A DNA stretch of 59,006 bases from an uncultured Acidimicrobiaceae bacterium. Its GTDB lineage: Bacteria; Actinomycetota; Acidimicrobiia; Spongiisociales; UBA5794. The stretch lies in assembly GCA_964569015.1 (NCBI GenBank), contig CAZMSN010000001.1, forward strand, positions 36,439-95,444, in the 5' to 3' direction. Position numbers and translations under genes: made by a program. Of this stretch, positions 21,584 to 30,723 are shown one piece after another. The notes beneath the pieces are model-generated. The model did no database searches. It saw only the letters and a program-made list of their open reading frames with translations, and had not been told where the DNA came from. Every line of letters begins with the position of its first letter. Within the stretch, counting starts at the first letter, position 1.

Positions 21584-22191
21584 AGCACCACGATCGCTGT
21601 GAAGACCAAGAGCTGCTCTCCGCCTACCTGGACGGGGAGCTGCGGCCCGGTGAACTCGACGCGGTCGTCGCTCACCTCACCGATTGCCTCGACTGCGTAG
21701 CCGAGTTCCATCGAGTCAAGGAGATCCGAGCCGCGTTGCGCACCCTCCCGGAACTCGAGCTGCCGGAGCGCCTGCTCCCTTCTGAGCATCTCGGGCCCGA
21801 GCTGTCCGCCTACCTGGATGGGGAGTTGGCGACCATCGAGCAGGAGTACGTGCTCGATCACCTTGGGGAATGCGCCGACTGCCGCGCCGAATTCCATGAG
21901 CTGGATGCCGCCCGCACCGCGGTCCGGTCGCTGCCCGGCCTGGAGCCTCCAGAGTTCCTGATGACGCATCGTGCCACGTCGCCGGAGCACCACCATGTGC
22001 GGTGGCGGATCTTCACCGCGGCGGCGGGAGTGGCGGCGGCCGCCGCGATCGCGGTGGGCGTCCTCAGCACCCCCCCTCCCGCCTCCGAGGTCGACGTGAG
22101 CATGTTCTTCGACCAGCACAACGCCCGCGCCTCGGTCGAGCACGGCTTCGGGGCCATCCCGGCGTTCATGCCGCAGGAGGGTGCGCCGTGA
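21571..22191 (+). CDS. Anti-sigma factor with two tandem zinc-finger (ZAS) domains and C-terminal TM helix
   Basis: LSAYLDGEL...HxxxCxxC occurs twice, 62 aa apart. Confidence 0.88.
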   Translation: MARMKHHDRCEDQELLSAYLDGELRPGELDAVVAHLTDCLDCVAEFHRVKEIRAALRTLPELELPERLLPSEHLGPELSAYLDGELATIEQEYVLDHLGECADCRAEFHELDAARTAVRSLPGLEPPEFLMTHRATSPEHHHVRWRIFTAAAGVAAAAAIAVGVLSTPPPASEVDVSMFFDQHNARASVEHGFGAIPAFMPQEGAP

Positions 22192-23123
22192 GCCGTGCCC
22201 TCATGCGTTCCGTGCCGCTGGCGATCGTGACCGGCGTTCTCGTCATGGGAGCGGTGGCGCCGGCTGCGGCCTCCGATCTCGACGAGTACCTGGAGATGGC
22301 CGAGGAATCGAGCTTCGCCGGGCGCCAGGCCACGTGGAGCACCCTCGACGGCGAGTCGGCCATCGGCATCGTCACGGTGGAGCATGCCGGTGCGATGATG
22401 ATGGTCGAGGGTGCCGGCGGCGAGGCGATGATCGGCGGTGGCCGGGTCTTCGGTGACAGCGGCGCGGTCGTCATCCACGGGTGGTCCGCCGCGGATCTGA
22501 GCAGCCGCTACAGCGTCGCGACTCCGGAGTCGGTGGAGCGGCTGGGCCGGGATGCCACCTTGCTCACCGTTCTGGAGGGCGACGAGGTGCGGGCTCGTTT
22601 CTGGCTCGACGACGCTACCTCGGCGCCGCTCGGGTCGGAGGTCTACGACGGCAACGGCGTCCTGTTCCGCATGAGTTCAATGCTCGACTTCGACTCCAAT
22701 CCCACGCGGGTGTACTCGGTGTTGCGGGACGGCGGCGGCGATTTCGACGTGGCTCTGCCATCGGACCGCTCGTCACTCCCGTCGGTGGCGGATGGGTATG
22801 AGTGCCTCGACGTCTACACCGGGCCGGGCGATGCAATCCAGGCGTTCTTCACCGACGGCCTCTTCTCGTTCTCAGTGTTCGAGATCGAAGGGCACGTCGA
22901 CACGGACCCCTTCTCCGCCGGTACCACAGTCGACATCAACGGGTCCGAGTACCTGAGGCTGCTGGCACCGAGCGAGATATGGGTGGTGTGGCGGTCGGGC
23001 TCGATGTCCTACGTGCTGGTCGGGGACCTTCCTCCCGACCACCTCGCCGCCGTGCTGGACGTGCTCCCCCGCCCCGATCGAGCCGGCCTGTTGCAGCGCC
23101 TCTGGAACGGCCTGTTCGGCTGA
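22188..23123 (+). CDS. MucB/RseB-like extracytoplasmic regulator
   Basis: Signal peptide; RFWLDDATSAPLGSEVYD and FTDGLFSFSVFE resemble MucB/RseB; GTGA overlap with anti-sigma stop. Confidence 0.7.
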   Translation: MSRALMRSVPLAIVTGVLVMGAVAPAAASDLDEYLEMAEESSFAGRQATWSTLDGESAIGIVTVEHAGAMMMVEGAGGEAMIGGGRVFGDSGAVVIHGWSAADLSSRYSVATPESVERLGRDATLLTVLEGDEVRARFWLDDATSAPLGSEVYDGNGVLFRMSSMLDFDSNPTRVYSVLRDGGGDFDVALPSDRSSLPSVADGYECLDVYTGPGDAIQAFFTDGLFSFSVFEIEGHVDTDPFSAGTTVDINGSEYLRLLAPSEIWVVWRSGSMSYVLVGDLPPDHLAAVLDVLPRPDRAGLLQRLWNGLFG

Positions 23124-23232
23124 TACCGCGGGGCCCGGGTCTCCGGGCACTCCGACGGCGCCGGGCATGGGCAGTCCTCTCGATCTGGCCGTATCCTCGG
23201 CGAGCGGCGATTTGGGCGCTCGGGAGCAATGA

Positions 23233-24318
23233 TCAGTCGAGCAGGGTGCGGGCCGCCCAGCCGACGGGATCGGTGAGCTCCTCCAGTGTCGGCAGGCGGG
23301 CGGGCTCCTCCCAGAGGCGCCCCAGGGCGTCGTCGCTCCAGCGGTGCTCGATGTCGACGCAGAACGAGGCGGCGTCCCGAGCCCGGTGGCGTTGCAGCTC
23401 GAGTCCGACGAGCTGCCGGAGGAATCGTTCGGCGTCGTTCGGTTCTACCCGGCGCCGGGCGTTGGCTTCCTCGATGAGGTCGAGCTGGGGGAGCAGATCG
23501 GCGGCGGCCCGCCGCACGGTGTAGTCGGCGTAGCCGTCGATGAGGGCGATGAGCGCCTGGATGGGAGCGAGACGCACCGGATCGTGGCTGCTGCCGAGCA
23601 GGCCGGCCAAGCCGCCGGCGTCGCCGACCATACCCTCGAGCTCACTCGGGTCCTGGGAACCGGTGAGCATCTCGGTGAGGCGCGACGGATCGAACTGGAC
23701 GGATTCGAAGAAGTGGCGGACGATCTCGACCAAGTGACCCCGCAGCCAGGGCACGGCCATGATGGCGTGGTGAGTCACCTCTTGGCAGGCGGCCCAGAGG
23801 CGGATCTGGCGGGCGTCGACCTGGTGGTCCTGAGCGAATGCCTCCACGTTGGGGACGACGAGGAGCATCTCGTCGTGGTCGAGAGCGGGAAGACCGGTGT
23901 CGAACTGCCCGAGGGCGCGGTGGCTCATGAATCCAACGGTGGTCCCCGCCTGGATGCCGAGGATGGCGGGTCCCATCGGCTGGAGCACGGCTTCGGTGGT
24001 CTGTGCTTCGCCTCCCAGGCCGGTGATCTTCCCCACCAGGGGCTCGACGAGGTATCGGAAGCTCTGCTGGTTCTCCTCCGCCCACATGGCACGATCGACC
24101 GGATGCAGCGGGCGGGAGGTGCTCACCTCGAGGTCGGTGGCCTCGGCGAGCCGGAGCTGTGCCGCCAGGGTCAGCTCCTGGTACTCCTCGGCGATGACGG
24201 GCTCGATCGGCTCACTCGCTCCCGTGAGGGAGCGCATCACTTCGGCGGCCAGCTTCCAGTTCACCGGGCCGGGTGACTGGAAGAGCTCGAAGAGCCGGTC
24301 GAACAGATTGTCGCTCAC
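23233..24318 (-). CDS. DUF2342-type zinc-dependent metalloprotease homolog
   Basis: GPVNWKLA, ALGQFD, LVVPNV, QEVTH, ALIDGYAD, LPTLEEL...GW motifs. Confidence 0.85.
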   Translation of the reverse strand: MSDNLFDRLFELFQSPGPVNWKLAAEVMRSLTGASEPIEPVIAEEYQELTLAAQLRLAEATDLEVSTSRPLHPVDRAMWAEENQQSFRYLVEPLVGKITGLGGEAQTTEAVLQPMGPAILGIQAGTTVGFMSHRALGQFDTGLPALDHDEMLLVVPNVEAFAQDHQVDARQIRLWAACQEVTHHAIMAVPWLRGHLVEIVRHFFESVQFDPSRLTEMLTGSQDPSELEGMVGDAGGLAGLLGSSHDPVRLAPIQALIALIDGYADYTVRRAAADLLPQLDLIEEANARRRVEPNDAERFLRQLVGLELQRHRARDAASFCVDIEHRWSDDALGRLWEEPARLPTLEELTDPVGWAARTLLD

Positions 24319-24423
24319 TCTCCTGCCTCCCGGGCCTCGAGGTCGACGATACCGCGGCGCTTCGCTGAACTCGAGACCGGCTGTGCCCGGTTGTGCGCGC
24401 TCACGCCCGCCGACCCGCGCCGG

Positions 24424-25977
24424 TCACTGGTCGGGGGGACGCTCGCCGAGCGTCACGTCGAACGTGAGGTGTTCGTCGCCGCGTTTCACCTCGATGGAGA
24501 CCACATCGCCCACCTCGAGCCGGCGCAGTCCGCTGATTAGCTGTTCACGGTCTGCGACATTCGTGCCGTTGTAGTCGACGATGATGTCGCCGATTTCGAG
24601 GCCGGCGGCCTCGGCGGCGGACGGGGTGCCCGCGAACCCGATGATGATGGCCCCGGACGGGACCTGGGCCCCGTCGGCGGCTTCCGCGTAGGAGTTCTGG
24701 AGGCTCACGCCGAGGAAGGCGTGACGGACCGAGCCGGTCTCGATGATCTCGTCGGTGATGCGGGTCACCAGCTCGATCGGGATCGCGAAGCCGATTCCCT
24801 CGGCGCCGGCGCTGCTGACGCCGATGGCCGTGGTGATGCCGATGAGGCGCCCGGTGCCGTCGACGAGTGCTCCACCGCTCGATCCCTGCTGGATCGGTGC
24901 GTCGGTCTGCAGCATGCCGAACAGGGTGTCGTTCGGGTCGTAGCCGCTCCCCGTGATCACCTCACGGTCGAAAGCGGAGAGCACTCCCACCGTCAGCGAG
25001 GCTCCTCCTCGGAGCCCGAGAGGGTTGCCGATTGCGATCGCCACGTTGCCGATCTCCATCGTGTCGGTCGCTCCGATCTCGATCGGGCTGAGCCCGTTTG
25101 CTGCGATGGTCAGCACGGCCAGGTCGGTGCGGGCGTCGCTTCCCACGATGTCGGCGGAGTAGATGCGCCCGTCCTGGAACACCACTCTGGCGAGGTCGCT
25201 GTCCTCGACGACATGGTGGTTGGTGACGATGTAGCCGTCGGCGGAGAGGACGACGCCCGAGCCCGATCCGTACAGCTCGAAGCCGGCGGAGGCTTCGTAG
25301 CCGATCTCGACGGTGACAATCGAGGGGACGACCTTGCGTCCCACCGCGGCGGCGTCGGTTCCCCCGTCGGTCCGGGAGGTGGCGTCCTGGATTGTGATGG
25401 TGGTCGTCGTCACGGGGATGGTCGTCGTCACGGGCGTGGTCGATGGGGCCGCCTCGTCGTCGAAGGCACCTGCTACGAACAGGTAGCCGACGGCGGCCGC
25501 AGCGCCGAAGAGCCCGGAGAGGAGAGCCAGCACGACGATGGGCCAGCGCCGGAGCCGTGGCTGCCGCGGGGGGCGATCAGTCGGTGTTGCCGCGGGCGGC
25601 GGTGAGGCGGGAGTGGTCTCGATTGAATCGGTCATCTCGTCGGATCGCGCCGAGGTGGGCTCGGTGATTGGAGCCGCACCGACGGCGGCCGAATCCGGAT
25701 CGGGCTCCTGGGGCGCGGCGAGGGTCGGGGTGGCAGGGGCCGGCGGTGCCTGCTCGGCGGTGGGCGATGGCGTGTCGGTTGCGGAGGAATCTGGTGCCGG
25801 GCTGGCGTCGGCTGGAGGCTGCGGCGAGGAGGACTCCGGCGTGAGCAAGTCGTGGATCTCACGAAGGGATTGCTCCAGCGTCTTCGGATGCTCAGCGCCG
25901 TCGCCGATGTCCGGGGTGTGCTCGCCGGGATCGGAGCCGGAGGCCCCGGGATCAGATTCCGAGTCAGTGTGGTCCAT
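24424..25977 (-). CDS. htrA: HtrA/DegP-family serine protease with TM anchor and PDZ domain
   Basis: VTNHHVV, TDLAVL, QTDAPIQQGSSGG, GIGFAIP; Pro-rich N-terminus; start uncertain (25977 or 26001). Confidence 0.92.
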   Translation of the reverse strand: MDHTDSESDPGASGSDPGEHTPDIGDGAEHPKTLEQSLREIHDLLTPESSSPQPPADASPAPDSSATDTPSPTAEQAPPAPATPTLAAPQEPDPDSAAVGAAPITEPTSARSDEMTDSIETTPASPPPAATPTDRPPRQPRLRRWPIVVLALLSGLFGAAAAVGYLFVAGAFDDEAAPSTTPVTTTIPVTTTTITIQDATSRTDGGTDAAAVGRKVVPSIVTVEIGYEASAGFELYGSGSGVVLSADGYIVTNHHVVEDSDLARVVFQDGRIYSADIVGSDARTDLAVLTIAANGLSPIEIGATDTMEIGNVAIAIGNPLGLRGGASLTVGVLSAFDREVITGSGYDPNDTLFGMLQTDAPIQQGSSGGALVDGTGRLIGITTAIGVSSAGAEGIGFAIPIELVTRITDEIIETGSVRHAFLGVSLQNSYAEAADGAQVPSGAIIIGFAGTPSAAEAAGLEIGDIIVDYNGTNVADREQLISGLRRLEVGDVVSIEVKRGDEHLTFDVTLGERPPDQ

Positions 25978-26140
25978 AGGGGCAATTGTATGGCCTCGCA
26001 CCTGCTAGCCGGACGCACCGGTCTTGCAGAGTCGACCGGGTAGGGGATATCGAGTGGCCCGTCGAGTATGTTGCCGAAGGAGAAGGTGGGTTCCCGCTTT
26101 GTGCGGGATTCGACCGGGGGTGCCCAGGCGGGAGGCCGCG

Positions 26141-26950
26141 GTGTCCGAGATCGAGTGTCAGAGCTGTCACCGGCGATTCGATGGGCTGCTCATGGTCTGT
26201 CCCCACTGCGGGGTGGAGCGCGACGGTCGATCGGAGACGGCCAGGCGACTCTCGCGTCTCCTCGGATCAGCCGATATCGAGAAGTACCGCGACCCCACCG
26301 GCGTCGCGCTGTTCCTTCGACTCCTGGTTGGAACCTACCTCGCGCTCCACCTGGCCGCGGCGGTGGTCGACTATTCGTACTTCTCGATGATCGGCGAGCT
26401 CATCTCGGAGACGTTCACCGGCACCCTGACAGAGGTGGAGGGCATCGAGTCCAGGGTGGATCTCTTTTGGTTCTATGGCCTCGTGGTGCTGGGGATCAGC
26501 GGCATCGTCTGGCTTGTCTGGCTCTACCGCCTCTACGCCAACGTCGAGCACCTCGGGAGGAAACGGCGCTACGGCCTGGGGTGGGCGATCGGAGGGTGGT
26601 TCGTGCCGATCCTGAGCGTGGTCCGGCCCTTCTCCGTCACCCGTGACGTGTGGGTGAAGAGCTCCCCAGCGGTGACGGAGCCGGAGCCGAGTCCCGATGA
26701 GGCGCCGTCGGTCTATCTGGTGTGGTGGCTGACGTGGGTCGTCGCCGAGGGGTTCATCTTCGCTGCCACCGCCCAGGTCGACGACTCGACCCTCGAGGGA
26801 ATGAGGACGGTCGTGGGTTGGTGGGTGGCGGGCGATCTGGTCAACGTCGTGGTCTCGGTCTTGGCGCTCGTCGTGGTGCAGTCACTGACCCAGCGGCAGG
26901 TCGCGCTCTACGAGAACCTGATCGAGGCGAGACGGCTCTACCGGGAGTGA
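26141..26950 (+). CDS. DUF4328-like membrane protein with N-terminal zinc ribbon
   Basis: CxxC...CPxCG; WLYRLYAN, GWAIGGWFVP, VWWLTW motifs. Confidence 0.75.
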   Translation: MSEIECQSCHRRFDGLLMVCPHCGVERDGRSETARRLSRLLGSADIEKYRDPTGVALFLRLLVGTYLALHLAAAVVDYSYFSMIGELISETFTGTLTEVEGIESRVDLFWFYGLVVLGISGIVWLVWLYRLYANVEHLGRKRRYGLGWAIGGWFVPILSVVRPFSVTRDVWVKSSPAVTEPEPSPDEAPSVYLVWWLTWVVAEGFIFAATAQVDDSTLEGMRTVVGWWVAGDLVNVVVSVLALVVVQSLTQRQVALYENLIEARRLYRE

Positions 26951-26982
26951 GCCGGGCGGTGGGGGGCACCGCCGCGGATGCG

Positions 26983-27570
26983 CTACTCGGGAGGACCGCC
27001 GATCACCATGAGCGCCGCCTTCCGCACGATCGGGTTGCGGTCTTCCGTGGCGGCACGGATCGCCGCCTCTACCTCGTCGCCGTCGAAGACCGACAGGGCC
27101 GACACACAGCGCCGCCGGACCTCGGGTGGCGCCCCGCCGGCGAGCGCCAGAAGCGTCGGGACCGCAGACTCGTCTCCGATGGCGCCCAGCGACGTCACCG
27201 CCGACTCGCGTACGAGCACGTTGTCGTCACCGGCGGCGAGTTCGATCAGCCGCGGCAGTGACGCCGAATCGGCCGTTTCCCCGAGGGCGGCTGTCGCAGC
27301 CTCCCGCACCGTTGCCTCGTCGTCCTCGGTCGCCGTGAGCAGGGCGGTGAGCACCTCGCCCCCGCCGAGTCCTCTGAGGGCCTCGGCGCACTCCCGCCGT
27401 ACCTCTGGGGCAGGGTCGCTACCGAGCAGGGACACCAAGCGATCCCGAGTGGCGTCATCGGTCCGGGCGGCGCACGCCGACACGGCCAGCCGCCGCAGCG
27501 CCGGATCGGGATCGTCGAGGTAGGGCCGCGGGTCGGTGGTCAGCGAAGCCAGCGTGGTGCGCTCGCTCAT
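26983..27570 (-). CDS. HEAT-repeat (PBS lyase-like) protein
   Basis: Repeated VRxxAAxALG units. Confidence 0.85.
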   Translation of the reverse strand: MSERTTLASLTTDPRPYLDDPDPALRRLAVSACAARTDDATRDRLVSLLGSDPAPEVRRECAEALRGLGGGEVLTALLTATEDDEATVREAATAALGETADSASLPRLIELAAGDDNVLVRESAVTSLGAIGDESAVPTLLALAGGAPPEVRRRCVSALSVFDGDEVEAAIRAATEDRNPIVRKAALMVIGGPPE

Positions 27571-27589
27571 CCGCCGAGCGTACCCGAGG

Positions 27590-28261
27590 TCACGGATCGA
27601 GCCGGTAGCCGACGCCCCGCACCGTCGTGATCCGGGGCGAGCCCGCTACCTGCTCGAGCTTGCGGCGCAACCGCCGGATGTGCTGGTCGAGGGTCTTCGA
27701 ATCCTCCCAGTGGGCGCCCCAGATCTCCTCGAGCAGCATGCTTCGGGGCACGACCCGGCCGGCCCGCTCCATCAACAGGTGCATCAGCTCGAACTCCTTC
27801 TTGGGGAGATCGAACGAGGTCCCGTCCAGGCGGAGGGCGTAGCGGCCCGGATCGAGAACGGCGTTGCCGGCGGTCAGCACCGTCTCGTCATCCTCGGCGG
27901 CGGCGCCCCGGCGCATCGTTGCTCTGATGCGCGCCACCAGCTCGCGGGCCGAGTAGGGCTTGGTGAGGTAGTCGTCGGCTCCCAGCTCGAGGGCGGTGAC
28001 GATGTCGGACTCGGTGTCCTTGGCCGAGACCACGATCACGGGGGTCTCCGATTCGGCGCGGATGCGGCGGAGCACGTCGAGGCCGCTCAGCCCCGGCAGC
28101 ATGAGGTCGAGCAACACGATGTCGGGGCGTCCGGTCCGGAACTCGGTCAGGGCGCTGCGGCCGTCGAGGGCGGCGGAGACGGCGAAGCCCTCCACCTCGA
28201 GGGTGACCTGCAATGCCTCGACGTACGAAGGCTCGTCTTCGACGATCAGGACGTTGAGCAC
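27590..28261 (-). CDS. regX3: OmpR-family response regulator RegX3/PhoP-like
   Basis: LIVEDE, LDLMLPG, GADDYLTKP, TVRGVGYR; adjacent to the kinase and pst operon. Confidence 0.85.
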   Translation of the reverse strand: MLNVLIVEDEPSYVEALQVTLEVEGFAVSAALDGRSALTEFRTGRPDIVLLDLMLPGLSGLDVLRRIRAESETPVIVVSAKDTESDIVTALELGADDYLTKPYSARELVARIRATMRRGAAAEDDETVLTAGNAVLDPGRYALRLDGTSFDLPKKEFELMHLLMERAGRVVPRSMLLEEIWGAHWEDSKTLDQHIRRLRRKLEQVAGSPRITTVRGVGYRLDP

Positions 28262-28262
28262 G

Positions 28263-29465
28263 TCATTGCCTCCAGACGGGGATGCTGATGCGGAAGACAC
28301 TGCCCTCCCCGGGTCGTGACTCGACCTCGACTCGACCGCCGTGGTTCTCGACGACGTGCCGGACGATGGCCAACCCGAGCCCGGTGCCGCCGGTCTCGCG
28401 GCTACGTCCCCGATCCACTCGGTAGAAGCGCTCGAAGATGCGATCGAGATGCTGCGACGGTATGCCGATGCCGTGATCCTCCACCTCGACGACCCCGAAG
28501 TCGGCGTCGGCGTGTCCCCGAACCCACACCGTGCCCGGGGCGTCCGGGTCCTGGACCTTGGTGTACTTGATGGCGTTCTCGATCAGGTTGCCCACCGCCG
28601 ACACGAGCTGGCGCTCGTCACCCGAGAGCACGGTTTCGCCGCCGTTGTCCAGTTCGACGTCGATGCCGTAGGTCTCGGCGAGCAGCCTCGTTTTCTCCAG
28701 GGATGCCTCGAGCACTCTGCGGAGGGCGATCGGGCTCCGTTCGGGGGTGGTGTCCTCGATCGTCGTCAGATCGAGGATGTCGTCGATGAGGCTGGTGAGG
28801 CGGCCCGACTCCTCGCGTAGCCGCCCGACGAGCCGGCTGTGGACCGCCGGGTCGGTCGAAGCGGTGATGGCGTCGGCCAGGAGCTGCAGTGCCCCCAACG
28901 GCGTCTTCAGCTCGTGGCTGACGTTGGCGACGAAGTCGCGGCGCATGGCTTGGATCCGGGCCCGCTCGGTCAGATCGTCGATGAAGATCACCGCGCCGCC
29001 GGAGAACTCGGTGCCGGCGAGCGGCATCGACTGCAGCTCGAGATGACGTTTCCGGGGGGAATAGACCTCGATGCTGCGGCTCGACTCGGTTCCGTGCGAG
29101 ACGACGTCGGTGATCATCTCCTCCAGCCTCACCCCGGCGACGGCGTCGCCATGCCGGGCACCCAGGTACCGCTGGGCGGCCGGGTTGGCGAACACCACCT
29201 CGCCGGCGCCGTTCACCACGAGGATCCCGAGATCTGCGGCGGAGACGGCGGCGGTCAGCACCTCGGCCTGGTGCTCGGCGGTGCGGATGCGTCGATGGAG
29301 ATCCTCGATGGACGAAAGCAGGGTCGCCTCCGAGGGAGGGTCACCGCTGCCGCCGGCGGCCTCGGCCAGCGTCGACAGCGTGCTGCGATGCTCACGACGA
29401 CGGAGCGCGAGAACGACCGCCAGACCGATCGCGACCAGGACGGAGAGCAGCGTGACGTACAGCAC
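28263..29465 (-). CDS. senX3: Sensor histidine kinase SenX3/PhoR-like
   Basis: One TM, PAS-like region, FVANVSHELKTP, NLIENAIKY, DHGIGI, FERFYRVD, GTGLGL; true start about 29465, not 30059. Confidence 0.88.
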   Translation of the reverse strand: MLYVTLLSVLVAIGLAVVLALRRREHRSTLSTLAEAAGGSGDPPSEATLLSSIEDLHRRIRTAEHQAEVLTAAVSAADLGILVVNGAGEVVFANPAAQRYLGARHGDAVAGVRLEEMITDVVSHGTESSRSIEVYSPRKRHLELQSMPLAGTEFSGGAVIFIDDLTERARIQAMRRDFVANVSHELKTPLGALQLLADAITASTDPAVHSRLVGRLREESGRLTSLIDDILDLTTIEDTTPERSPIALRRVLEASLEKTRLLAETYGIDVELDNGGETVLSGDERQLVSAVGNLIENAIKYTKVQDPDAPGTVWVRGHADADFGVVEVEDHGIGIPSQHLDRIFERFYRVDRGRSRETGGTGLGLAIVRHVVENHGGRVEVESRPGEGSVFRISIPVWRQ

Positions 29466-29504
29466 GATCGGACTATAGGAACCGTCTTGGACCCCCTTCG
29501 GAGA

Positions 29505-29548
29505 ATTCACCTCGGGTTCACCTCGAGTCCTCATCCGGGTCACGTCGC
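29505..29548 (+). promoter_or_regulatory. PHO box array between divergent senX3 and pstS
   Basis: Four 11-nt units: ATTCACCTCGG, GTTCACCTCGA, GTCCTCATCCG, GGTCACGTCGC; similar to the Streptomyces PhoP GTTCACC direct-repeat unit. Confidence 0.75.
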
Positions 29549-29631
29549 TTGTGTACGTTGCAGCAACGATGGGACCGATGCTCTGAATCGCCCCGCCGAG
29601 CCGAGCACGCGAGAGAAGGAAGACCACTTCC

Positions 29632-30642
29632 ATGAGGACGAAGAAGCGACCATTCGCAGCGTTGATCCTGGTGCTCGCCGTCGTGGCCGCCGCCTGCGGG
29701 AGTGCCGGCGGCGACACCACGAACACTGCGGCGATTGGTGACGGGGTGACCGGGAGCGTCAGGGTCTCGGGCTCCTCGACCGTCGAGCCGATTACGGCTC
29801 GCGTCGGCGAAGCGTTCAATGCCGCCAACCCCACGGTGGGGATCACCGTCGAAGGGCCCGGCACCGGTGACGGCTTCGCTCGCTTCTGTGCCGGTGAGAC
29901 CGACGTCAGCGACGCCTCCCGCCCCATCAAGGACGCCGAAGCCGAGACGTGCGCGGCGGCCGGCATCGAGTACGTCGAGCTCGAGATCGCCTTCGACGGC
30001 ATCACCGTGCTCACTTCCCCTGAGAACGACGCGGTGAGCTGCCTTGATTTCAACGACATCTACGCGCTCGTCGGGCCCGAGTCCGAGGGATTCTCCAGCT
30101 GGTCGGACGCCGACGACCTCGGCGCCGAGTTGGGTGCGTCACACGCTCCCTACCCGGACGAGGCGCTGGTGATCACGGCTCCCGGTGAGGAGTCGGGCAC
30201 CTATGACACGTTCATCGAGTTCGTCATCAAGGACATCGCAGAAGAGCGAGGGCAGGAGGTGGCTTCCCGCGCCGACTACCAGGCATCCGCCAACGACAAC
30301 GTGATCATCGACAACATCTCCGGCGACCCGGCGTCGCTTGGCTGGGTCGGCTACGCCTTCTACGCCGAGAACGCCGACGTGCTGAAGGCGATCGAGATCG
30401 ACGGCGGTGACGGATGTGTCGCCCCGAGCGACGCGGCCATCGCCGACGGGTCCTACCCGCTGGCACGGCCGTTGTTCATCTACGTCAGCCTGAACAAGCT
30501 GGCCGAGAACTCGGCGCTGGCGCCCTTCGTGGATTACTACCTGTCCGACGAAGGCCTCAGCACGGTGACCGAAGCCGATTACGTTTCCCTGCCGGATGAC
30601 CAGGTCGCAGAGACCAGGACTGCGTGGTCGGATGCGAAGTAA
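29632..30642 (+). CDS. pstS: Phosphate ABC transporter substrate-binding lipoprotein
   Basis: Lipobox AAAC, SGSSTV, GTGDG, DASRPIK, SGTYDTF, YPLARPLFIY. Confidence 0.95.
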   Translation: MRTKKRPFAALILVLAVVAAACGSAGGDTTNTAAIGDGVTGSVRVSGSSTVEPITARVGEAFNAANPTVGITVEGPGTGDGFARFCAGETDVSDASRPIKDAEAETCAAAGIEYVELEIAFDGITVLTSPENDAVSCLDFNDIYALVGPESEGFSSWSDADDLGAELGASHAPYPDEALVITAPGEESGTYDTFIEFVIKDIAEERGQEVASRADYQASANDNVIIDNISGDPASLGWVGYAFYAENADVLKAIEIDGGDGCVAPSDAAIADGSYPLARPLFIYVSLNKLAENSALAPFVDYYLSDEGLSTVTEADYVSLPDDQVAETRTAWSDAK

Positions 30643-30723
30643 CGCTCCTGCGATGCCGGCCGGGCCGGACTCACACCACCGACCCGGCTGGCCTCCTCGG
30701 CCGCTTCCTAGGATGGCCGCATC

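Noticed and set aside
26060-26096. ECF promoter for htrA on - strand
   Set aside because: GGAAC is present but no CGTT/GTT -10 element at 16-18 bp spacing.
29466-30059. N-terminal 198-aa extension of the senX3 ORF
   Set aside because: It overlaps pstS antisense and the PHO boxes; kinase similarity begins at about 29465.
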